From contig CM075999.1 in assembly GCA_038087875.1 (NCBI GenBank), positions 3,226,001 through 3,290,000 on the forward strand: a stretch of DNA of 64,000 nucleotides. The letters are read 5' to 3'. The notes beneath the pieces were generated by a model that was not told the DNA's origin, did not search any database, and saw only the letters and a list, made by a program, of their open reading frames with translations. Source of the DNA: Malacoraja senta. Its lineage: Eukaryota. The position numbers and the translations under genes were made by a program. Shown here piece after piece: positions 37,070-49,832 of the stretch (positions are counted from its first letter, which is position 1; every line of letters starts with the position of its first letter).

Positions 37070-38264
37070 TCAGTTTAATATTTAGTTTAGAGATACAACA
37101 TAGAAATAAACCCTTTGTCCCACCAAAGTTTCTCACTGTACCTCGGTACACACGACACTAAACTACACGAGACACTAGTTGTATGTTGCCACACTTTCTC
37201 CTCCACTCCCAGCACGCTAAGGACCGACCGGTAATTAACCCGCACGTCTTTGGGGATGCAGGAGGGTCACGTTATTCCTTTTATGCTGCACTGTACACTG
37301 TGGACGGCTCGATTGTAATCATGTATGGTCTTCCCGCTGACTGGTTAGCGCGCAACAAAAGCTTTTCACTGTACCTCGTTACACGTGACAATAAGCTATA
37401 CTAGCCTGGAGCCGGTGGGAACACATGTGGTCACAGGGGAGAACGTGCAAACTCCACCAAACAGACAGTAGCCGAGGTCGGGATCGAACCGGGGTCTCGG
37501 GGCACTGTGAGACAACAACTACCGCTGCACCACCGTGCTGCCCTCAGTCATCTGCATGCAGCGTTGGGTTTGGTAGGGTCTGTCCCTGTGCTGCCCTGTT
37601 CTACGTTGAATGGAGAATGGTCTCCAAATGCTTCAGACTGTGGCGTGGGTTGACCCAGGGCAGAGTGTGGTGGGTCTGAGTCTCCAGCCACTGATTTACA
37701 GACAGACTAATTGAGGTGTGTCGTCTGTCACTTGAAACACCAAACTGGGGGCTGGCCATCAGCTGGACAGACACAAGGTGTGCCACTGGTTTGAAAAGGA
37801 GCAGGGGAATTATCTGTGGTTCTCTGCCTATTCTAACCCCTTCATCAACATCACTTGAACAATCGAATTGTCGAGTCATGACCTCATTTGTTTGTGCTTC
37901 TCCATATCGATACGTGTACCTCAGCCCATTGGCTGCGACTTGTGTAAGCTGCATTAATGTTCATTGAGATGGTCACTGATTCTGGGTTGGCTTTCACCGC
38001 GTCTGTCATCCAGTACGTGACCAGCCTTGTCTATTAGGTCAGAAAGAACTGTGAGGTACAAGGAACTGCAGATGCTGGTTTACAAAAAACAAAGTGCTGG
38101 AGTAACACCATAGCCAATAGGTGCAGGAGTAGTTCAAGAAGGAACTGCAGATGCTGGAAAATCGAAGGTAGACAAAAGTGCTGGAGAAACTCAGCGGGTG
38201 CAGCAGCATCTATGGAGCGAAGGAAATAGGCAACGTTTTGGGCCGAAACCCTTCTTCAGACTGA

Positions 38265-38720
38265 GGAGTAGGCCATTCAGCCCTTCGAGCTAGCACTACC
38301 ATTCAATGTGATCATGGCTGATCATCCACAATCATTACCCCGTTCCTGCCTTCTCCCCATATCCCGTGACTCCGCTATCCTTAAGAGCCCTATCTAGCTC
38401 TCTCTCGAAAACATCCAGAGAACCGGCCTCCACCGCCCTCTGAGGCAGAGAATTCCACAGACTCACAACTCTCTGTGTGAAAAGGTGTTTCCTCGTCTCC
38501 GTTCTAAATGGCTTACCCCTTATTCTTAAACTGTGGCCCCTGGTTCTGGACTCCCCCAACATCGGGAACACGTTTCCTGCCTCTAGCGTGTCCAAGCCCT
38601 TAACAATCTTATACGTTTCAGTAAGAATCCCTCTCATCCTTCTAAGCTCCAGAGTGTACAAGCCCAGCCGCTCCAATCTATCAACATATTGACAGTCCCG
38701 CTGTCCCCGGGAATTAACTC
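38265..38720 (-). mobile_element. CR1-like LINE 3' fragment
   Basis: ORF 38335-38676 (ERLGLYTLELRRMRG...LWNSLPQ). Confidence 0.9.
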
Positions 38721-40484
38721 AGCTGGTCACGCAACATCTCTGGAGGACAGGAATAGGCACAAAGTGCTGGCGTAACTTGGCTGGTCTGGATGGGTGACAT
38801 TTCAGGTTGAACCCTTCTTCAGACTGGGAGAAGGGTGTAAGGAGGGGTTCCAACCCAATATGTCGTCCATCTTTTTCTCCAGAGATACTGCTTGGCCGGC
38901 TGAGTTACACCACCACTTTGAGGCTATCAGCAAAGAACTCGGCCGTGTGGAGCATGCAGTTGATAAAAAGGTGCTCTGTATATAAATAAATGTGAGTGGC
39001 TGAACAGGATGTGGGACTTGCGAGCAAGGTTAGTATTTAACACCAATGCCTAATAACCCTTGAATCACACGCCGGGCTGTTTCCGACTGAGACTGAATGT
39101 GTTTCTGGAATCAGACATGGGTCTGATACACAGCCTTAAATGGTGTTAGTGAACCAGGTATGTAATCCTTGCCGAAGGTCCTCACTGTCTGGTACTAAGA
39201 GAGCGTTTCTTCTCAAATCAATTTCTAGTTTACTCTTCCCCCACACAATCAGTCTGAAGAACTGTCCCAACGCAAAATCTCACCGATCAATTTCTCCCAG
39301 AGTTGCTGCCTGCCTCGCTGAGTTACTCCAGAACTTTGTGTTCCATGCAAGATTCCAGCATCTGCAGTTCCTTATCTCTGTCTCACTGCAATCTCTGTCT
39401 CACTGCACCTACTGCAGGCATTGTAGAGCAGTGGTGCCGGAGGGCATGAAGGGAACGGATAAGACTTGCGCTAAACTCAGTGCAGTCGGAGAAATGGTCC
39501 CGACCAGCAGATGTCTCCCAGTCTGAAGAAGGGTCCTGTCCCCGAAACGTCACCCATCCTTGTTCTCCAGAGGTGCTGCCTGGCCCGCTGAGTTGCTTTA
39601 GCACTTTCAGAATCAGAATCAGACTTTATTCGCCAAGTATGTTTTGCAACATATGAGGAATTTCACTGGCCAGGTCAGTCATAGAATTAAAAGCAACAGA
39701 CCTCAAAAACACATTTACACATTCCTCACTGTGATGGAAGGCGAAATACAGTTCAAGGCCTTCCCTTTGTTCTTCCTCGGTCGTGGGCCTCGAGCCTCCG
39801 TTGACGGGACGATCTTGACTCCCGTAGCCGGTGGCGTTTTGGCCCTCCACGTCGAGGCGTTCAGCTCCCGTATCGGGGGGATGTCAGCTCCCTCGCGCCG
39901 GGCGATCGAACCTCGCGTCGGGGCTGGACGAACCTTCTGCGGCGTTGGAGCTCCCGACTCAGCCTCTCCCGAAACTGCGAGCCCTTGATGGTAAGTCCGC
40001 AGGCCGCGGTGGGAGCGATCCCGGGCGAGGGATCCGCTCCGATGTTAAGTCCGTGCCCCGCGGTGGGGCTCACGACAGTCCCAGGCGGCTCCCAGCTCCA
40101 GCGATGGTAGGCTGCAGAGCCCGGAGAATGTGATCCGAAAATCAATCGCATCTCTGGGAAGGTAAGAACCTGATTTCCCCCCCCCCCCCCGTCCCCCCCC
40201 GTCTCCCCTCTCCCCACATAAAACAAACCGAAGTACATTAAAACAAACTCTTAACAGAAGCTAAAAATAACAAAAGATGAAAAAACTAACGGACTGTCGG
40301 CAGGGCTGGCCATCTCCCCGGTGCCACTGGTGGTCATAAACTATTGGTATAAACTAGCATCTGCAGTTCCTTCCTGCACTTTGGGTTCTGCGACGGGTGG
40401 TAGGTGGGAGCGTCGTGATTAAGTTGCTAGAACAATGAGACTGCGAGCTCTGGAGGAAGCTAGAATGAAGCAAGACTTTGAGCA

Positions 40485-40725
40485 GTTTCTTGTTTTACCA
40501 AAAAATAGATTTATTCAAGTATTTACAAAACTATTTACAATACAAAATAATTCAAAACAAAACCCAAGACCATAATGCAAATAAAACAAATATTCTTCAA
40601 TATCAAATATACTATAAAACCACTGTATCCCCATCCTTGTCAAGGATAATATCTCCCCCCCCCCCTCCCGGGTGGTGCCCAGCGGTCCCAGAAATCCCCC
40701 AGGGTGCCCGTGGACAGCGTGCAGT
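40485..40725 (-). mobile_element. Tx1/L1-like LINE 3' end
   Basis: Minus strand gives ALSTGTLGDFWDRWAP then a stop and an AT-rich UTR with aataaa. Confidence 0.55.
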
Positions 40726-41504
40726 CATAAAATGTGATAGGAGTAGAATTAGGCCATTCGGCCCCATCGTCTACTCCGCCATTCAGTCGTGGCTGATTTA
40801 TCTCTCCCTCCGAACCCCATTCTCCTGCCTTCTCCCTGTAACCCCTGACACCTCTAGTCCCTCTCTAACGGATGTAACTCCGGTAAAGGGGCAGGTGACC
40901 GGCGCGGGCAGCTGGCACCCTCTTCCACCTGGTGCCGTGACTCGTGGCCATCTAGTAGTTGTGTAACCTTGCTCTTCACTGCAACATTGTCACCCACTGA
41001 CAGCTGGGCCTCAACTGGAAGCCCCCAGACTTTGGACATGGTAATGTGGTCACGTCAGCCCGTCCTGTCCCACCCCTCCCCAGCCCGTCTCATACACACC
41101 TTTCCTTATTCTTCCCATGTTCCCATTAACTCCTCCGAGATTCTATCTCTCTCCTACACTCTTGGGAGCGACACGGTGGCGCAGCGGTAGATTTGCTGCC
41201 TTAGAGCGCCAGAGACCCGGGTTCGATCCTGATTTTGAAACATAGAAAATTGGTGCAGGTGTTGGCCATTCGGCCCTTCGAGCCAGCACTGCCATTCAAT
41301 GTGATCATGGCTGATCATCCCCAATCAGTACCCCCGTTCCTGCCTTCTCCCCATATCCCTTGATTCCGTTAGCCCCAAGAGCTATATCTAACTCTCTCTT
41401 GAACCCACCAAACTGACTCTAGAAGCCTGCAGTGTGTTGGGTGTAGGGAAATGTGACCGGGTTTGTGATCCCGTCAGTACAATGCGAAGGGGCACAAGTT
41501 AGAT

Positions 41505-41867
41505 CAGGGGTCGGCAACCTGCGGCTCATAACCCGAAATCATCCGGGCCCGCAGACTTCCGTCATCTCCGGTATCTCCAGGCCCGAGGCCGCGACGCCCA
41601 GGCGTGGTGACTCAAGGACGCCTGCACCGGCGGCCACAATGGCCGAGCAGCGCTGAACCGCATCCTGCGCAAAGCCGCCAGCATGGCCGCGCACCTTCTG
41701 TGTCTGGGCTTCACTGTCGGGGTTGTCAATAGGCCGGGGACCAGCGAGTATGAGTGGTGTCCTCGAAGGGGTGATCCATGTGTACACGTGACAGATGTGG
41801 CCCGCCATCCGCTCACAGACATGCGTCCCCCCCGGCCCCTATACAGAACAAGGTTGCTGACCCCCTG
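41505..41867. mobile_element. hAT (Charlie-like) MITE with CpG-rich interior
   Basis: TIRs CAGGGGTCGGCAACCT / AGGTTGCTGACCCCCTG; 8-bp flanks agttagat/agatagag (6/8, central TAGA). Confidence 0.7.
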
Positions 41868-42134
41868 AGATAGAGATTCGGGAAGATGGTTAGGAAATTT
41901 CTAAATTTGAGTTGAATTTGTTCAGGGTTATCAGGTTCAGCTTGTTTGGCCGGAATGTGAAATCGGTTTACTTATTCCCGCTATACGGATTTGTCATTAT
42001 GGTGGAAATGGTGCAGAGGAGATTCACCAGGATGTCTCCTCCTCTTCACCAGGATGTCGTTTGGGTTCAGGTTCTCGAGGGAGGCTGGAGTGGCTGGGAC
42101 TTGGAGCGTAGGAGGCTGAAGGGTACCATGGATT

Positions 42135-42925
42135 AGTGTGAGGTTATCCACTTTGGTAGCAAAAACAGGAAGGCAGATTATTATCTAAATGGTGTCAAGT
42201 TGGGAAAATGGGAAGTACAACGGGATCTGGGGGATCCTTGTTCATCAGCCTATGAAAGTAAGCATGCAGGTACAGCAGGCAGTGAAGAAAGTGAATGGCA
42301 TGTTGGCCTTCAAAACAAGAGGAGTTGAGTATAGGAGCAAAGAGGTCCTTCTGCAGTTGTACAGGGCCCTAGTGAGACCACAGCTGGAGTATTGTGTGCA
42401 GTTTTGGTCCCCTAATTTAAGGAAGGACATTATTGCTATTGAGGGAGTGCAGCGTAGGTTTACAAGGTTAATTCCCAGGATGGCGGGACTGTAATATGCT
42501 GAGAGAATGGAGCGGCTGGGCTTGTATACTATGGAGTTTGGAAGGATGAGGGGATCTTATTGAAACATATAAGATTATTAAGGGTTTGGACATGCTAGAG
42601 GCAGAAACATGTTGGGGGAGTCCAGAACCAGGGGCCACAGTTTAAGAATAAGGGGTATGCCTTTTAGAACGGAGACGAGGAAACACTTTTTCTCACAGAG
42701 AGTTGTGAGTCTGTGGAATTCTCTGCCTCAGAGGGCAGTGGAGGCCGGTTCTCTGGATACTTTCAAGAGAGAGCTAGATAGGGCTCTTAAAGATAGCGGA
42801 GTCAGGGGATATGGGGAGAAGGCAGGAACGGGGTACTGATTGGGGATGATCAGCCATGATCACATTGAATGGCGGTGCTGGCTCGAAGGGCCGAATGGCC
42901 TACTCCTGCACCTATTGTCTATTAT
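42135..42925 (+). mobile_element. CR1-like LINE 3' fragment
   Basis: [19 protein letters not shown]...QRRFTRLIP; tail present. Confidence 0.9.
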
Positions 42926-43204
42926 TGAAGTGAGCAGGAGGGGCATTGAGTGAGGGCCTTTCGTTTTCATAGGATAAAGAAGTTTAAAACTAGAGGGCAT
43001 AGGCTTGAGTTGAGATGGGAGAGAGTTGAGGGACCCAAGAGCAACCTCTTCATTTGGAGGGTAGTCTGTGTCCGGAACGAGCTGCCAGAGGAAGCTATAG
43101 AATTGGATAAAATTATGACTTTTATTAACATTTGGATGGATATATAGATTGGAAGGGTTTAGGATATCAGCCGAATGCTGGCAAATGGGCCTAGTCCAAT
43201 GTGT

Positions 43205-43520
43205 TCAGTTTATTGTCACGTGTACAGTGAAAAGCTTTCTAGTCAGCGGAAAGACAATACATGATTACGATCGAGCCATTTACAGTGTACAGATACATGG
43301 TTAGGGAATAACGTTTAGTGCAAGGTAAAGCCAGCAATGTCCGATCAAGATAGTCCAAGGGTCACCAAAGAGGTAGATAGTAGTTCAGCACTGCTCTCTG
43401 GTTGCGGTAGGATGGTTCAGTTGCCTGATAACAGCTGGGAAGAAACTGTCCCTGAATCTGGAGATGTGCGTTTTCACACCTGTACATTTTGCCTGGCGGG
43501 AGAGGGGAGAAGAGGGAGTG
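43205..43520 (-). mobile_element. Rex1/Babar-like LINE 3' end
   Basis: SRFRDSFFPAVIRQLN motif on the minus strand. Confidence 0.7.
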
Positions 43521-44179
43521 TCAACTTGGTCGGCACGGACAAAGTGGGCCGAAGGGCCTATTACCATGCTGATACAACGCTAGTTTGGAGGTGTGTTTGG
43601 AGGAACTGCAGATGCTGGTTTAAACCGAAGATGGACACAAACTGGTGGAGTAACTCAGCGGGGACAGGCAGCATCTACGGAGAGAAGGAATAATGGGTGA
43701 CGTTTCGGGTCGAGATCCTTTCTTCAGTCTGTATCTGAAGGGTCTCGAATATCTCTCGTATCCCTTATCCCTAACCAGTCTGAAGAAGGGTCTCGACCCG
43801 AAACGTCACCTATTCCTTCTCTCCAGAGATGCTGCCTGACCCGCTGAGTTACTCCAGCTTTTTGTGTCTATCTTCGACTCATTTTGAGTTGACTCTGGAG
43901 CCGTCCCGTCCCTGATTGAGTACGCCCAAGGCTGAGAACTGACATCAGTAAACCATTGTCCCAGCTTTGCTGAGCAAGGATTACTGATCCGTTGCAATGC
44001 GAGACAAACATTTCCCAAGAACAAGTGATTACCACATGGTGTGTCAACAGGTGGTATTGCATTGGGCATTATTTGATGTGACCTGTTTGCATTGAGAGGG
44101 CAGCTGATGTATCTCCAGATGGCTTCCGGCTACATTCATTCTCAATGGCCACTCTCTCTTCCTTCATTAAACTGCTGCA

Positions 44180-45075
44180 ACTTTAAAACATAACAAATTC
44201 TTAAAGGATTGGACAGGTTAGATACAGAAATGATGTTCCCCAATGTTAGGGGAGTCCAGAACCAGAGGTCACACATTTTAATTCCCATGATGGCAGGACT
44301 GACATATGATGAAAGAATGGGTCGACTGGGCTTATATTCACTGGAATTTAGAAGAATGAGAGGGGCCCTTATAGAAATTTAAAATTCTTAAGGGATTGGA
44401 CAGGCTAGATACAGGAAAAATGTTCCCAATATTGGGGGAGCCCAGAACCAGGGGTCACAGTTTGAGAATAAGGGGTAGGCCATTTAGGACTGAGATGAGG
44501 AAAAACTTTTTCACCTGGAGAGTTGTGAATCTGTGGAATTCACTGCCACAGAGGGCAGTGGAGGCCAAATCACTGGATGGATTTTAAGAGAGAGTTAGAT
44601 AGAGCTCTAGGGGCTAGTGGAGTCAAGGGATATGGGGAGAAGGCAGGCACGGGTTATTACATAGAAACATAGAAAATAGGTGCCGGAGGAGGCCATTCGG
44701 CCCTTCGAGCCTGCACCGCCCTTCTTTGTGATCATGGATGATCGTCACCTATCAATAACCCGTGCCTGCCTTCTCCCCATATCCCTTGACTCCACTAGCC
44801 CCTAGAGCTCTATCTAGCTCTCCCTTCAATCCATCCAGTGACTTGGCCTCCACTGCCCTCTGTGGCAGGCAATTCCATAAATTCACAACTCTCTGGGTGA
44901 AAACGTTTTTTCTCACCTCAGTCTTAAATGATCTCCCCTTTATTTCTAAGACTGTGGCCCCTGGTTCTGGACTCGCCCAACGTTATTGATTGGGGACGAT
45001 CAGCCATGATCACCATGAATGGCGGTGCTGGCTCGAAGGGCCGAATGGCCTCCTCCTGCACCTATTTTCTATGAT
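44180..45075 (+). mobile_element. CR1-like LINE with an inverted copy of the same subfamily inserted at ~44660-44980
   Basis: The + copy breaks at gggttatt and resumes at gttattgattggggacgatc; the intervening sequence is the reverse complement of the same tail. Confidence 0.8.
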
Positions 45076-45494
45076 TCTATGGAACAATGGACAGGATTGA
45101 AACCCATCGTTATTCTCCAGAGATGCTGCCTGACCCACTGAGTTACTGGGCATTTTGTGTCTATCTTTGCTGAAAGGTGTAATTGGAAGAAGTTCAAGGG
45201 ATCTCAGAAGATCTGGAGTGGCTGTGCTTGGGAGAGGAACTGGGAGGTGATGTGGCCCTGGAGGAGTTTGGAAACCCTCGTTGGAATGTTTTGAAGAGCA
45301 AAGGGACACCTCAGCTGAACATCTCCGGCCACCAGCTCATGCATTCGTTCCAATAGGATCCTTGGGTTGATGGTCAAGACCTATGGACATTGTGGCCTTA
45401 ATCCAACCTGGCCAGTTATATTAGGCACAGCAACCTCCATGAAAGCGCAAATGAGCGACACAGTGGTGCCATGGATATCCTCATTGCAACTTAG

Positions 45495-45850
45495 TGAAAG
45501 GCCTGGATAGAGTGGATGTGGAGAGGATTTTTCCACTAGTAGGAGAGTCTAGGACCAGAGGGCATAGCCTCGGAATAAGAGGATGTACTTTTAGAAAGGA
45601 GGTGAGGAGGAATTTCTTTAGTCAAAGGGTGGTGAATCTGTGGAATTCATTGCCACAGACGGCTGTGGAGGCCAAGTCAGTGGATATTTTTAAGGCAGAG
45701 ATAGATAGATTCTTGATGAGTGCGGGTGTCAGGGGTTATGGGGAGAAGGCAGGAGAATGGGGTTGAGAGGGAAAGATAGATCACTCATGATCGAATGGCG
45801 GAGTGGACTCAGTGGGCCGAATGGCCTAATTCTGCTCCTATCACTTTTGA
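45495..45850 (+). mobile_element. CR1-like LINE 3' fragment
   Basis: ORF 45494-45766 plus tail. Confidence 0.9.
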
Positions 45851-47090
45851 ACATGAGACCCGGGTTCGATCCTGACCTCGGGTGGTGCTTATGTGGAGTT
45901 TGCACGTTCACCCTGTGACCGCATGGGTTTCCTCCCACATTCCAAAGACGTACAAATTTGTTGGCTAATTGGCAACTAAACAATATCCCTAACGCGTGCT
46001 GGGAGTGGATGAGGAAGTGCGGGATAACTTAGAACTAGTGTGAATGGGTGATAGCTGGTCGGCGTGGGCCGAAGGGCCTGTTTCCATGCTGGACCCCCAA
46101 ACTCTTTAGCGGGACACTTTGATAGTTCCTTATCCGTTTTGATAGGAATACCATGATGTTCTTCCCCTTTGTAAAGAAATCGTAACTGATTTTTATTCCC
46201 AGAGGGTTTTCATCTAATCTAAAAACTTGAAAGGGACAAAGATTTGAAAAGACTTGTCAATATTTGATACACTCAGTATTTGTGTGTAACTATACAATGT
46301 ATGTCAACAGAGATAACCTTTGCAAACACTACTCTGGAGTAATGCTAATCTGTGAGAGGATGCTTGGGAGAACATGATATTCTTGCTGCTGAAAGTTCCA
46401 AACGTGAAATGTGGTTTTTTAAAATGTTTTGCGTGTGAATAAAATCCAAAATAAGGACATTTGAACGTATAAATTATGAGGGGTATAGATAGGGTGGACG
46501 GAATTTTTTTCCCAAGATGGAAACAAATAAAGCAAGAGGGCAAAGTATAATGGAGGTGGGCGGGGCACACAGAGAGTGGTGGGTGCCTGGAACGCATTGG
46601 TACAGGCGGATACCACAGTGCCTTTTTGACAGGCACATGGACATGGAGGGAATGTGTATAAAGGAACTGCTGATGCTGTTTTAAACCAAAGATAGTGTAA
46701 GCCATTTAGAACGGAGACGAGGAAACACTTTTTCTCACAGAGAGTGGTGAGTCTGTGGAATTCTCTGCCTCAGAGGGCGGTGGAGGCCGGTTTCAAGAGA
46801 GAGCTAGATAGGGCTCTTAAAGAAAGCGGAGTCAGGGGATATGGGGAGATGGCAGGAACGGGGTACTGATTGGGGATGATCAGCCATGATCACATTGAAT
46901 GGCGGAGCTGGCTCGAAGGGCCGAATGGCCTATTGTCTAAAATATCCACTGACTTGGATCACAGTGGCAAAGAATTCCACAGATTCACCACCCTCTGACT
47001 AAAGATGTACACGGATGTACAAAGATGTATATCAGGTACACTGAAAAACTTTTGTTTTCGTGCAATCCAGTCAAAGAAAAGACTACTTTC

Positions 47091-47372
47091 GGGCAACATA
47101 GTGGCGCAGCGGTAGAGTTGCTGCCTCACAGCGCCTGAGACCCCGGTATGATCCTGACTACGGGTGCTGTCTGTATGGAGTTTGTACGTTCTCCCCGTGA
47201 CCTGCGTGGGTTTTCTCTGGGAGCTCCGGTTTCCTCCCACAGACGAACAGGTTTGTAGGTTAATTGGCTTGGGTAAAATTGTCCCTAGTGTGTGCAGGAT
47301 AGTGCGAGTATCCGGGGTGATCGCGGCTCCGCGCGGACTGGGTGGGCCGAAGGGCCTGTTTCTGCGCTGTAC
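47091..47372 (+). mobile_element. HE1-like SINE
   Basis: A-box TGGCGCAGCGG, body and tail. Confidence 0.85.
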
Positions 47373-47385
47373 CTTTACTTTAGAG

Positions 47386-47625
47386 CAGGGCTTCCCAACC
47401 TTTTTTGTCCCGTTTACCCCTGGCAACTTTAATAGCACATAACAACGTGATTTCACTTATTTGTGAACAACTAATGATGAACAGATACCAATGATATACC
47501 AGAACCAAACGCAGTCAGTCAATGAGAAAAAAATATGTACAAATCTAGATTCAACAAACTTACCTCCTGGGTCGGCGACATTTACCCCCTGCTTGCGTAA
47601 ATTTACCCCAGGTTGGGAACGCTTG
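47386..47625. mobile_element. hAT (Charlie-like) MITE
   Basis: TIRs CAGGGCTTCCCAACCT / AGGTTGGGAACGCTTG; 8-bp TSD ctttagag/ctgtagag (7/8). Confidence 0.75.
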
Positions 47626-48544
47626 CTGTAGAGATACAGTGCGGAAACGGGTCCTTTGACCCACCAAGTCCACGCTGACCAGCGATCACCCCGCACGCTA
47701 ACTAGCGCCATCCTGGGGACAATTTACGGAAGGCCAATTAACCTACAAACCTGTACGTCTTTGGAATGTGGAAGGAAGTCAAGTCAAGTCAGGAGAGTTT
47801 ATTGTCATGTGTCCCAGATAGGACAATGAAATTCTTGCTTTGCTTCAGCACAACGGAACATAGTCGGCACGAATACAGAACAGATCATATCAGTGAGTCC
47901 ATATACCATTATATAAATATATACACACATCAATAAATCAGCCAGAGCGGCTGGAGAAAGTCTAAAGGTTGTGCATTGTGAACGGCCCAGTTGTATTCAT
48001 GCATACATAGTGTTGTCTTTGACTGGAGAGCATGGAAATAGAAAGCTTTTCTCTGTACCTCTGTACACTTGGCAATAAGAAGCTACACATGAACTCCCCT
48101 CTGCGGTACGGTGTGTATTTATTCATCCATCGTAGGCTGATTACACTTTACATTTGGAATTGAACACTTTGTTCAGGTGAGGCGCGCACACCTTCATCAC
48201 AGATTTGTTTACCTGTAAATATCCAAAGGTGTTCTGTACACCGTGGGTTGTTACTGCTCGACAGTGTGTTACTGCTGTGTTAGTACTACCAACAGTTGTG
48301 GGCTGTTTTGATTCAGACCTGCCCTCGACAAGTCGGGGGGTGGTGGGGAGGGGGGGCTGGAGTCGTCTGTTTGGCCCCGAAAGATCGCTGTGCCTGACAG
48401 TACGTCCGTGTGCAGTCCTCCACCTATAGTTTGAAGACTGAATGTGATATTGTAATTACTGTGAGCAATTCTGGGCACCATATCTGAGGACGGATGTGCT
48501 GGCTCTGGAGAGGGTCCAGAGGAGGTTTTTACAAGAATGATCCC

Positions 48545-48990
48545 AGTGAAAAGCTTTATTTTACATGGTATCCAAACAGACAAAATATACCATATATGAA
48601 CACATATATTAAGTAGGTAGAGCAAAGGGGAAGATACAGAGTGCAGAATATAGTTCTCAGCATTGTAGCGCATCAGTTCCAGAGACAAAGTCCAATGTCC
48701 GCAATGGGGTAGAGGTGAATCGGACAGTAGACAAAATTGCTGGAGAAACTCAGCGGCATCATCTATGAAGCGAAGGAAATAGGCAACGTTTCGGGCCGAA
48801 ACCCTTCTTCAGACTGATTTTATCGGACTGTACCCGAGCTTTTGGAAGGACCGTTCAGAAGCCTGATGACAGAGGGGAAGAAGCTGTTCCTGAGTCTGCT
48901 GGTGCGCGCTTTCAAGCTTCTGTACCTTCTGCCGGACAGGAGCGGGGAGAAGAAGGAATGGCCAGGGTGGGACAAGTCTTTGATTATGTT
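48545..48990 (-). mobile_element. Rex1/Babar-like LINE 3' end interrupted by a Penelope-like terminus
   Basis: IIKDLSHPGHSFFSPLLSGRRYRSLKARTSRLRNSFFPSVIRLLN. Confidence 0.75.
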
Positions 48991-49534
48991 ATACTGGACT
49001 TTCCTCCGCAGATGCTGCCTGACCCATTGAGTTCTTCCAGCACTTTGTATTTTACTCAAGATTCCAACATCTGCAGTTCCTTGTGTCTCCATCCAAGTAA
49101 CTAACGCTGCATCATTGACACTGTGAGTCAGCAATAACATGCGAGTCAGCACTAGTGGAACACTGATAAGGTGTTTTGCTTCATTGAGAGATTATTGTGT
49201 AACTACTTTTGTAAGATTAGTGAGCTGGATTATTTTCCCAGGCGCTGCAGAATGAATATTTGTAACAAGACTGTTTCTGCCGGTCTATAACGGCGAGCAG
49301 AATCTCCCAGCTGGCGGGCACGTTCACTTACTGCAAGACACAAAGTGCTGGAGGAACCCAATGGGTCATGGAGAGTCTGTGGAGCGAATAGACAGGCGAT
49401 GTTTTGGGTCGGGACCCTTCTTCAGACTAATGAAGGGGGGGGGGGGTGGGGAAGAAAGCTGGAAGAGAGGAGGGGCAGAACAAGGGCTAGAGGGTGATAG
49501 GTGGACACAGGTGAGGGTGCCGAATACTTTAGAC

Positions 49535-49832
49535 TTTAGAGAAAAAGCCCAGAAACAGGCCCTTCGGCCCACCGAGTCCGCACCGACCCATAATCCCTGC
49601 GCACTAGCACTATCCTACACACACACACATACTAGGGACAGTTTACAATTTTACCAAAGCCAATTAACCTCTAAACCTGCACATCTTTGGAGTGTTGGAG
49701 AAAACCGGAGCACCCGGAGAAAACCCACGCGGTCACAGGGTGAACGTACAAACTCCACACAGACAGCACCCGTAGTCGGGATGGAACCCGGGTCTCTGGC
49801 GCTGTGAGGCAGCAACTCTACCACCATGGCAC
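49535..49832 (-). mobile_element. HE1-like SINE
   Basis: Head, body and tail on the minus strand. Confidence 0.85.

Noticed and set aside
41170..41232. tRNA gene (A and B boxes present)
   Set aside because: Matches the head of the abundant HE1-like SINE; no complete cloverleaf or terminator.
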